DNA of 64,000 bases from Phyllobates terribilis. Its lineage: Eukaryota. The notes under the pieces were generated by a model, which ran no database searches, had not been told where the DNA came from, and saw nothing but the letters and a program-made list of their open reading frames with translations. Below, in pieces: positions 26,499 to 38,522 of this stretch. How positions within the stretch are numbered: position 1 is the first letter of the stretch; every line of letters begins with the position of its first letter. The translations under genes were made by a program, and so were the position numbers. The stretch covers positions 174,344,001 through 174,408,000 of the forward strand of contig NW_027362765.1 of the NCBI RefSeq assembly GCF_046119375.1. The letters are read 5' to 3'.

Positions 26499-27517
26499 GA
26501 ACTTACTATAATACTTTAATTACAATTTGACTTTGATTTCATAATGAAGTTCTTCTTCGTTTTTTTCGAGAGGGGCCCAGAATCCCCTTCCCTCCCGTGT
26601 CAGCATGTGATAAATAGTGTTGGATATCAGGCACAAATAATTGTAATAATCTAAGCCAGTTTCTCTGCATGTGTTGGAGAAGAGGGCTGGCCTTGCTAGT
26701 GAGCTAGCCTGATAGCCAGCCCCCACATGCTGCTCTCTGAGGGATGGTAGGAGGCGCCTGACATCAGTGCTAATTTAAGTTGTATATTAGTAAGATCAAT
26801 TATTTTCTACTTGCAAAACATCCCCATAACTTTCATGTCTCCAGACATCTCCTTTAACAAATATTGATTCTACTGGATTGTCTCCAAACATGCCATTCTG
26901 TATACAGGACTGTAAAATCCCTGCCACCTTGCAGCCAGTGTACATAGAAATCCCAGGGTTTTTTGTTTTATTAATGTTCAACATGTTCTGCATATTTAAA
27001 TGGTAAACCAATTATAATCTCCTACTAGTGTTCCTTAAAGAAAAATTTGGTGTAGAGGACCTGTCATCACGTCTAAAGTAGCCAGTTTTTGCTCTCATAT
27101 TATTCCCGCTGTTCCCCTGAGTGTTCCGTTTTTCTATTTTGTTTTTAAATCCACCATACGGTTCCAGAGATATGCCCCCTTTACATAGTACTAAGTTTTA
27201 TGTTCTTTACAAGTGGGAGGTGCTCACAGGAAATACTGCAGAGTAGCTTAGACACCCCCAGAGAACCCTGTAAGCCACTCCCCTTTGTAAAGACCATAAC
27301 AATTGACACTGAATAAAAAGGCCTATATCTCTGCAACCATAGGGTGGATTTTAAGAAAAACACAAACCGATGTACTCGAGGAGACAGTGGGAATAGAATA
27401 AGAACAAACACTGAACACTTTTGACCTGCTGACAGGTCCTCTTTAAATGAGGGTCAAGTCCCTATTTTTTGCCTTGTGTGATTTCTACAGTTTTTTGTAA
27501 ACTTCTTTCTTTTACAG

Positions 27518-27803
27518 ATCTACTTTCGTACTTCAGCAGGAGATGTCCAAGCAGTGATGTTGCAGGAGTCTGCTCCTCAGCCATGCACCATGGGAGGCAC
27601 AGGTTCATTATCAACACTATCTGTTACTCCCACTAAGAAGAATGTTAATCGCAAAGAGCGGTCCTTAGCCAAAATTGCCCCAGCAGGGAGCGTCATTAAC
27701 CTGAATACAGCACAGCTTTCAGCCACTGCCCAAGGCATCCAGACTATCAGTATTAATGGCGTCCCAGTGCAAGGAGTACCTGTTACCATCACCAATGCTG
27801 CAG
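27518..27803 (+). CDS. sp2: Sp2 coding exon
   Basis: IYFRTSAGDVQAV...RKERSLAKIAPAGSVINLN...QGVPVTITNAA; tttacag|, gcag|gtgtat; phase 0/1. Confidence 0.95.
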
Positions 27804-27949
27804 GTGTATATCCCAATGTGAATATGTAGCCAAGCAAAAAGCTAAGCTACTGCCCTTGCCTCCCGAACATTTAACACATTAATACAATTTGCTTGATTAT
27901 CCTTCTATTAAATGAATCAACACACCCTTGTGTTTGTGTATCCAATCAG

Positions 27950-28124
27950 GGCAGCAGCAAATCAGTGTGCAGAACGTGTCCAGTAATAACGTTGCCATCA
28001 GTGGCCTCAGCCCTTCCCAGATACAGCTACAGATGGAACAGGCCTTGTCTGGGGATCTACAGCCAGGAGAGAAGAGGAGGAGGGTGGCCTGTACTTGTCC
28101 AAACTGCAAGGACGGGGAGAAGGG
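27950..28124 (+). CDS. sp2: Sp2 coding exon with the buttonhead box
   Basis: GQQQISVQNVSSNN...GEKRRRVACTCPNCKDGEK; phase 1/2. Confidence 0.96.
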
Positions 28125-28246
28125 GTGAGAGTGTTCACTAAGTGCAGATGAAGTTGTGTGAGGCTAGTTAAATAAGGGGCACGGGTGGGAAGGGGTTGAC
28201 GGAGGGATTATTGTGCTGAGGAGAGACACTCTCTCCCTCTCAGCAG

Positions 28247-28440
28247 GTGGGGCCCCCCTGGCAGGAAGAGGCACGTGTGTCACATCCCTGAATGCGGGAG
28301 AACGTTTCGCAAGACTTCACTCTTGAGAGCCCACGTTCGGCTGCACACCGGGGAGAGGCCATTCGTGTGCAACTGGGGATTCTGTACAAAAAGGTTCACC
28401 CGCAGCGATGAGCTGCAAAGGCACGCACGCACTCACACAG
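28247..28440 (+). CDS. sp2: Sp2 coding exon, C2H2 fingers 1-2
   Basis: [23 protein letters not shown] (the SP2-diagnostic TSLLRAH) and [23 protein letters not shown]; alternative acceptor at 28244; donor cag|gtgtgt. Confidence 0.96.
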
Positions 28441-28534
28441 GTGTGTGGCGCATGTATGCACGCATGCACGTGTAAGGCACTCTGTCCCACATGTATGACA
28501 TGTATACTGATTTTACTCTGCTGTCCCTGCACAG

Positions 28535-28635
28535 GTGACAAGCGCTTTGAATGCCCTCACTGTCAGAAGAGGTTCACACGCAGCGACCATGTCAGCAAGC
28601 ACTTCAAGACACACCTCGCGCCAAAGAAGCTGTAA
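28535..28635 (+). CDS. sp2: Sp2 last coding exon, C2H2 finger 3 and stop
   Basis: GDKRFECPHCQKRFTRSDHVSKHFKTHLAPKKL*. The spliced CDS is 1683 nt = 560 aa plus stop. Confidence 0.96.
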
Positions 28636-29294
28636 TGCAAGTGGAAACCAACTTAACTCTGTGGGAACCTAAAAATGATGCCATTGTGTTCTAAGTTGGA
28701 ACTTCTCCAGATACGTTTGGGCTACCCTGAATCATTGTCCTGTGTGTAGGACTCCAAGCCCAATCACGCTAGTAGTAATCGTCACCACTCTGTAGAAGTC
28801 ATCATACTGCTGGTGTGTCCCCAGCAAGCAAATGGTAGAGTTTTCAAGACCACCTAGAGTTCTGTACTGAGAACAAGGTGTCCACGTCTGGACTACACAT
28901 CCGCTTTGTGTATCTCAGCACTTTTCAGCATAGGATTTACTATTGCTGTTGGAACATGAAGGATTTTGCTGGGGGGAGAGCCTGCATACATTACCTGACC
29001 CCATGCTGTTGGGCTTGGCCGAACATTCCCATGTTTGCACTGCTCTCTCCCTATAGGAAGGTGCCTTAATATCTCCCCTCTTCCAATATTCTTAAGTGTA
29101 AGAGCTTCAATTATAGTTGCGCTAGTCTTGCATTCATACCTGTTGCCAGGACAGGAATTTCCACAGCTTTCCATAGTATAGAGCCAGTGTATTTTCTTCT
29201 ATTTATACCAGAAAATCATTGTTCCTTTCTCGTCACAGTCTCTATGACGTATGTTGTATTTGCATTTTTAGCGATCAACCAGATAAATAATTTA

Positions 29295-29300
29295 AATAAA
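29295..29300 (+). terminator. sp2: Probable sp2 polyadenylation signal
   Basis: AATAAA about 660 nt downstream of the stop codon. Confidence 0.45.
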
Positions 29301-31270
29301 AGAGGGGATTTAACATGATCACATTATATAACGGGTGCAAGCTTCGACAACGTCTTTATTTTTCCCTTAAGTCCTTGTCATGAACAGAAAATATATATAT
29401 AACTCACTGACACATGAATGTTCCTTTCTAATTGAAATGTGCAGTTTTACCCCTTAGTAATTGCTGAGTACTACTTTGTTTCTTAAAGTGAACCTATCAT
29501 GGAGTTTATTTTTGGCTAATTGTTACAAAACTATTATATTTGAGGTCCAGACACCATTTCCCTTCTCCTCTTTAGCCGCAGAGCTGCCGTAATCCTGATG
29601 CTTAACTCTTGTTTAGGCTAAATAAAGTAAGAATGCTTTAAATGCAATCCATGGTGGAGTGTTCCTTATCTCTATTACACAGGGATGTGAATGTAAGGCA
29701 GTAGTCCAAAAATCTGAGTAGTATCAGACAAGTTTAAAGCAACACTCCAGGCAAAATGAACCTGTTATGCCTAGTACGCGGCCTGACTGGGGGTGTACTT
29801 ATTATCTTTGAAGCCCTATGTCAGACTCCTTACCTCCTTAGTCCTGAACGAAGTGGAACAATCATATTTAGTCGGGGGTAATCCCTTCTTGTTATGTTCA
29901 CAAGTAGCAGAAATTTCTAAGCCAGTCTCATGCTTACATAGGGACTGCAGAAATCCAAACAAATGCTGCCAAAATGAAGTATGTCAGGAAATGAGCGGCA
30001 GCCTGGGTTCAGAGTTCACCAACGTGATCTTCTCATGTGCAACTATGAAAGAAAAAGGTTTTGATTGATTTTCCTTTCAAACAGAATAATTTGCTTTTTA
30101 CAGAGATATGTTCTTCTCAAGTCCAGGGATCATAGCTGTTCATAACACTAAAAGGTTGGCATAGGGGTAATGTAGGGGGCTGGCTGGCAGTTTGTATATA
30201 TAATGGCAAAAGCCATGCAATTTTATTTATTTTTTTTGTACGGGTCGTGGTTACAGGTAGACAAAATCTTATAAAAAATAAATAATATATCACTAAAAAT
30301 GTATCCACAGTTATACTAGTGATCAAATTCCAAGAAGGATGATTTTGGAGTGATCCAGGAGAGTTTAAGAGTGATTTTTTTTCCCCCGCCACCCCCAGCT
30401 CCACCCCCAAGACTGACTACATTTCTCAAGTATAGTCACCCTAAGGCCAGGAGTGGAACAATTAAAGAAAATGTATAATAACGTGTGCATCACTTCTGCA
30501 TTTTTCACCCACTACTTGTTTTGGCTTACAAATCGAGGTAAAATACTGAACATGTGAACGTGGCCTAAGGCTACGTTCCCCACAATCGGCTTTTGATGTT
30601 GCAGATTTTCTGCACCTATTAAGTAAAATAGGTCACTTGTGTTTTTTTCTAAAATGCTCTCCAAAAACTCATTGTAGGAACGGAGCCTTACTGCTGCCCT
30701 CCATTTGGCTTTCACTGACTCTTCTGCATTCCTTTCCTCCCGTTACCAAGATGCCACTACAGTGGCAGGTCCAAACCACATCTCTGCTTTTTCTGTGCTA
30801 TACCATAGGAAAGGTAGGGAGGAGTGGTTTAGATTTACGATTGAAATCCCCATGCCACTACAGCTGCCATCTTGGAACCAGGAGGAAATAAGAACCAAAC
30901 GAAGGGCAGCAGGTAGGGTGAGTATACATGAGATATATTTCACTCTTCAGTCCCAGGGTGGAGGGTTGCTTTTGACATTTATGCTGAAATTGTTTATGTC
31001 TGCAGATTTCACAATACAGATTTCGCCATACATTATAAAATGGATCTTAGACCTGATGAGCCTGGTGTATATACTTTGTAAACACCAGAGAAAGGCTGTA
31101 TAATCCAAATATTATAATGAGTGTTTATGAGCCAAACTAAAGAGTGAGAGCCCTCAGGAGCTGTCAGTCGGCATCATGGGGGATATTGGGTTTACATTCG
31201 CAAAAGTATTTTAGAGCCATTCTGACACAGACTTCCAAAGCAAGTACGTCAGTCTAGTCAGGTCTGGTTT

Positions 31271-32868
<1,598 letters not shown>

Positions 32869-33033
32869 TATGTAATAATGTTTGCAGTTTGTATTGTAAA
32901 ATCTAGTGACCAATCCAATTGCAGTGTCTTTTTTGCTGCATAAAATGGACAAGGTGTCACTTTGTGCCAAATTCTTTTGTTATACTAAATGCAATTATGT
33001 AGCCATTATAGTCAAACTTACAAATCAACCAAT

Positions 33034-33039
33034 TTTATT
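33034..33039 (-). terminator. Probable polyadenylation signal of the BEN gene
   Basis: AATAAA on the minus strand about 125 nt past the stop codon. Confidence 0.4.
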
Positions 33040-33162
33040 TGTGTTAAATTTACAGACATCAAAGGAACATGCATATTAATGCCTCCAGTCAGTTTGTGTC
33101 ACCTCTGGTCACTGCAGCAAAGGTTGCTTTGGATACCTTTATAATGTCCTTTATCAGGTAGT

Positions 33163-33455
33163 TTAAAACAGCGTTTTACAATTGGTTGTCTGATCATCTG
33201 TAACTTTGTCCTGTGGCACGTCCTCTGTGATTAATCTCTCTGTGGCCTTTGTTCCAGTGACTGTTGCCTTATCATTGGCAGACTGTAGCCTCTGAGCTGC
33301 TGGTTTGGATATAGGTTTGGGGCAGTGTTTAGTGCCTCCTTCAGTCCAGTCGATACGTATGGACATCTTTTTCACGGCCCTTCGAGATGTGCCACATTTA
33401 CTGTTTATAACTGCATTGAAGTTACAGCCACGGCCACAAGCTCTTGTTACATAGG
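33163..33455 (-). CDS. BEN-domain gene, last coding exon (BEN C-terminal helix and tail)
   Basis: Acceptor ttttccag|, phase 1; AYVTRACGRGCNFNAVINSKCGTSRR...CKTLF*. Confidence 0.85.
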
Positions 33456-35206
33456 CTGGAAAAGAAAGAAGGAGAATATAAAAGTACATTTAGCAATGAT
33501 CTAACAGATTTAAATGTACTTTGTGAAGTTGTGTGTTTTATGTTACCGCATTGGATCCAGTTAGATTTTTTCAGAAGCTTAGAAATGTAAAAGCTGAAAA
33601 AGACAAACCCACACCCCACCCCAAAAAAAGGATGTATTGTCCCGTTTTGTTTTTCTCCAATACATGTTGAACCTCTTAAAGACCAGATTTTCTGTTTTTT
33701 TCGTCCTTTTTATTTTCCAAGAACCATAACTTTTTTAGTTTTGTCGACAGTCCTATGAGAGCTTGTTTTCTTGTTGGGACAATTGGTCTTGAATGAGCCT
33801 ATTCATTTTATCTTATGTACTATTAAAAAAATGGAAAGAGTTTAGCTTTTGATACATAGTTTTAAAAAAAAATATTTTGATAGATCGGTATTTTTATGGC
33901 TTTGACCATACCAATTTTTTTTTATGTATTTTTGAACTAGGAAAAAGGGGATTAAACGTTTTTTTGAGTAATTTCTAAACTTATTATTATTTATCTTTTA
34001 GCCCCCTTGAACGTAAACCAATATTACAGTATACAGTGAAATTACGGTTCTATGATGGGCTGGATTTCAAATCAAGACAAAGATGGCACTGACGCAGCCT
34101 TCAGTAAGTTCCTGTCTGCCATGGTGACCCTTCAGTTACCCGTGACCGTGTGCGGATTGCAGCTGGTGCATGCGCACATCATCAGACAATATATTTATTC
34201 AGTGATCACTGCTGTTTAATTAAATGCTGCTGACAATCAGAGCAAGCTTTGGCATCTGCCCGGTATAGAACAAGTGCAATTCCTCAGCCCACTCCATACA
34301 CGACCTGTGGCGAAAATATACAGCACAGGCTAAGTGTGCCAGACCAACAAAAGGCAAATTGTCACCGTACTTTTAGACATCATCACCAATCACAAATTTA
34401 TAAATTATGTTGTCTCACCCCTGAAAAAAAAATCACTTTAGAGTGCTGGCCACTAGGCGTCTTTCGGTCTACCTTGCTGACTTTTGTCAAGTTTTATCCC
34501 TCTCTAGCTGTTGAGACAGATTACAGGTAATGGGGGCAGATCTTCATCTATGCTCCTGCTCTCCTGTCTGTTAGGCCACGGCCCCACTACCAGTATTTGG
34601 TCAGTATCCGTATTTTTTCTCAGGAGTGGGAGCCAAAACCAGGTGAGAAACAATCAGAGAAAAGGTATAATTGAAACAAGTCACCAATTCTGCATTTATC
34701 ACCCACTCCTGAGAAAAAATACTGACCAAATACTGATAGTGGGCCCGTGGCCTTACACTACATATAGACATAACAGAGTGGTGGGCTTTCAAGTGGGAGC
34801 AGGCAAAGACAGACGCAAGCCTGCTAAGAAATGAAGAAAATGAAGTTCCTACACCTGTAGTGCTGGCAGAATACTGAAGAGGATCCACTAGTTAAATAGA
34901 GATGGCGAGTTAAAAAAGCAAGAAAATGTGGACAGTTCCTGGACATGTTAGAATAGAGTATGTATAAAAAGATTTTGAGGGGATGAAGGTAGGAAGACCA
35001 TGTTGTTTTGTAGGTTTTGTGTGAAAGGGCTGGTATGCTGTAACAGTCATAATCAACTGTGTATATGCAAGTATTTAACCGACCATACACAGTTCAAGAT
35101 AGCTCAGTAAATAGCAAACAAATGTACAGTGTTTCACAACTTTAAATACTAAAATAACTACTAAATAATTGCAGAGGACCTCTTTAACATGCGGGGGGCC
35201 CCTCAC

Positions 35207-35453
35207 CTTTGATAGCAGTTACCACTGTATCGGGCAAACGTAGGGGTTTTTCCATGGTGGTATTATTATGTGCAATCCGCTGTCCTGTGGCAGAAGATCG
35301 CGCCAGGGTCTCCCTAGAGAAGAAGTAATCCAGTAGACGCCGGGTCATTAGCTTGGGTTTATCTGGTGGAATGAGAGAGAGGTCCTCTAGCTGCTGGTAT
35401 GTGATATACACGCCAGATGCTGGCACCAGCTCCAGTTTAGGACGTCCATTACT
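35207..35453 (-). CDS. BEN-domain gene, exon encoding the BEN core
   Basis: SNGRPKLELVPASGVYITYQQL...KLMTRRLLDYFFSRETLARSSATGQR...VVTAIK; tttag|, aaag|gtgagg; phase 0/1. Confidence 0.9.
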
Positions 35454-35581
35454 CTAAACATAGAGAAGACACAAATTAAACTCCCACATTATACTTATAA
35501 GAATACATAATTTGGTACGTTTGCAGACCAAGGAGCTAGAGAGTGGGGCTTTACAAATTATATATATATATATATATACAC

Positions 35582-35890
35582 CTCTATTGGCGAAGCCCAT
35601 GCTGGAGTCCCGTCTGGCAATATTTCTTGTAAAGGTTCCTCCCATAACACACAAGATTCAGGTATTGTGTTCTCTCCACCATCATCCATCTTCATCCAGT
35701 ATTGGAAGCCACTTGTCACCCCGGTGACCCGCAGCATGCCATCTGCAGGGGTGCTGGTCACTTCATTTGGTGGATTTGAATGGTCAGGCTCTGGTGTTTG
35801 TGGTGGAATAGGGGATGCCACTCTTTCTGCTGAGGGAAGCTTGCTTTCACTCAACTGAACAGGGGTAGATGAAGCTCGAGGAGGGGAGGG
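35582..35890 (-). CDS. BEN-domain gene, Pro/Ser-rich linker exon
   Basis: ttttttctag|CCC ... gag|gtgtat; 309 nt, open, phase 0/0. Confidence 0.8.
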
Positions 35891-36426
35891 CTAGAAAAAA
35901 GACCATTTTTAAACTGTACCATGTAACAGAGATCTGTCACCAGATTTCACAATACAAACTGTATACGTTCTTAAATAGTTCTATTGGACATGAGGGTGGT
36001 GTACTTACTTTGAAAACCCATGTACGAATGGCTGCATCATCCTCTTTTAAATGTAAACTCATTCTCAACCCACTTAGCCTGATTGGCAATTTCTCATTTT
36101 ATGATCAGATAAGCTTTCAAAAATCTCTGAACAACCATTTTAATGTTGGTATTCAAAGTACTTACCCTAGACCGGATGAGGCTGGTGTAAGCATTTTTAA
36201 TATTGATGTTAAAATGGCTGCATGATCCTTTTTGAAAGATTTCCTGTCTCATCATAACCTGATCAATCAGGCTAGGTGGGCAAAAAAAGATTTAAAAAGA
36301 TTATACAGCCTAAATATGATTTAAAAAAAAAATAATAATAATAATAATAATAATTACACCAGCCTTTATCTAGTAACAGATCCACTTTAACTGGAATGGC
36401 AACTTGGATTTGAGAATTTTAAATAC

Positions 36427-36497
36427 CTGTGATTCTGAATTTGTCTCCAGAAATCCTGCCAAGTTTTTCAAGAAGGAGACATTGCAGTCACTGACCA
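36427..36497 (-). CDS. BEN-domain gene, 71-nt exon (VVSDCNVSFLKNLAGFLETNSESQ)
   Basis: ttttcag| and cag|gtattt; it supplies the phase 1 to phase 0 change that the neighbouring exons need. Confidence 0.75.
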
Positions 36498-37859
36498 CTG
36501 AAAAGTAAACAAATATGTGTTTTTCAATATCTGAATTCTTTTCCAAGCCAAATAAAGGATTAATATGAAGGAAAATCCTATGTTTTTTTTATTTTAGGAG
36601 CAGTGGTTTGTACCCTAGTTCTGCTATTCTCTCTGTGAGTCTGCACTTAACAGCTGTAACGACCATTTTTGTTAGAATCTGCATTACATCTCAGAGACCT
36701 GGACCCCACGTTAGCACAGCGAGTTGAACTGGGTTCATGACATAATTCCCATATAATTCTATAGCACTTCAATTTTCATTTTAACTTAACCCCAGAAGCC
36801 CCAGTGTTCTGACCCTCAAATGGATGGTAAAATGAAGCCTAAATAAGGACACCATAATAATTTTTTACAATTTTCAGGTTTCCCCCCTGCAATTGAGTAA
36901 AAGTTGTCTGTGTTAATCGTGTAATAGTACCTTTTTGTTACTTGAATTGAAACACAAAGGAAACACCCATGTAACCCAAGTGCTAGAAGTGTAAATTCTC
37001 CTCCTTATACCACATTAAAGGAGTTGTCCTGCCTTAGGATACAAGTCTGTAGTCACTATACGACTGCAGACTTGTTAATCCTCACATTGTGCGTACTACG
37101 CGCTGTGAGGATTCTCAAACACCGTGAGTGAGCGGTCATGTGAGCACAAGTATGCAATTTGAATACTTTCAGCAACATTCCGACTAGACGTGTCCAGCCT
37201 GGCTCAATACACTTGCACTGAGCGAGGCCGTGCACATCTAGTTGGCATGTTACCGCATACTTGTGGTCACTCCATCGCCACTAGAGGATCTTTACAGCAC
37301 ATGTGATGTGAGGATTCACAAGTCTGCAGTCACGTTGAGTGACTGCCGACTTGTAGCCTAAAGGCGGACAACTCGTTTAAGACATGGTGGAGTTAATGCA
37401 CATTTTGTGTAGAATAGCAACAAGGTTCAGCTCAATACACATGAATGAGATTTTCACACATACTCTCCATTGACTAATCAACACAAGACAATTAACATTT
37501 TTGGGGAAATTCAAATTCATAGATTACCCTACAATACAGTTTTATTTGCTCTTTTCCATTAATAGAGCAACTACACTTTTTTCTTGTCATACATCAACAG
37601 TATCAGTGAAGCTATAATCCATCTTCAGTGAGGGATCAAATTACAGCTGCTGCCTAGAGAAAGCTATGGAGAGGAGAAAAGGGCAGAGCACCAAAAAGAA
37701 GCTGCTGTGGCTCCTAGTGCCTTAAGGCTGCAGGATACAAGTCATATGTATGGGTATGACCTCACGTACACACACAGGACAACTTACTCTAAAAAGGTGG
37801 TTATACTTTAAGGAGTATGAAATAAATTCATATATTTGCTGATTTTAAAGACCTCTCAC

Positions 37860-38338
37860 CCACAGACTGACCATCTGGTCCCATGAGACGATCACCTTCT
37901 TTTATTGCACAGATTCCTCTACGAGACAAGGCATCATTCTGCTCCTCCAATGTCTGAACATGCCTTCTTAGTTCTTGATTCTCTTTCTCCAGTTCTTGGA
38001 TTCTCCATTCCTGCACTTCAGCAGCTTCATCTCGAGAAGTCAAAATTTGATGCAGTTCTGCAATCTGTGCCTCAAGCTCCCGCGCTAACTCTGAATATAG
38101 CACAGTAACCCGGCTTCCTGACCGTGCACTCCAGTGGTGTCCACTAGGACCTTGGAGACATCCTGCGTCTCTGTTTGAAAGACTCCGATCATGCTCATTA
38201 GTTCTTTGAACGTCATGTAAAGTGGTAGTGTGGTGCCAAGGAATTGTGGTCGAGCACAGAGGTCCATTCAAGGTTCTCTGACGTTTCCTGGTGGAAAAGT
38301 CCTCTTCGGATTTGTGCAATATTGATGAAGACAAACAT
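37860..38338 (-). CDS. BEN-domain gene, coiled-coil exon
   Basis: ttctag|, gtgg|gtgaga; basic RKRQR patch and heptad stretch LARELEAQIAELHQIL...IQELEKENQELRRHVQTLEEQNDAL; phase 2/1. Confidence 0.82.
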
Positions 38339-38418
38339 CTAGAACATCCAGACAGAAGCATTATTACGGTCAAAGGCAACATCTCTAAGATCTACCACAT
38401 TTTATCTTTTCCATTTAC

Positions 38419-38522
38419 CTGCCTGTGTGTGCAGCTCCATCTTGCAGACCCTGTGTAGGCACATTATTGAGCGTGCTGTCTGACTCTTCTTGCCTGTGTT
38501 CAGGTTCTTCACAACGGTTCAT
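38419..38522 (-). CDS. BEN-domain gene, first coding exon (MNRCEEPEHRQEESDS...)
   Basis: Exon acceptor tttcag|38566, in-frame TAA upstream of the ATG at 38522, donor cag|gtaaat, 80-nt intron. The total CDS is 1503 nt = 500 aa plus stop. Confidence 0.7.

Noticed and set aside
28893-29174. 93-aa minus-strand ORF
   Set aside because: It is antisense to the sp2 3' UTR, with no recognisable domain or splice support.
37828-38382. 184-aa ORF taken as a stand-alone gene
   Set aside because: Its first ~14 codons and last ~10 codons are intronic; the real exon is 38338-37860 of the BEN gene.
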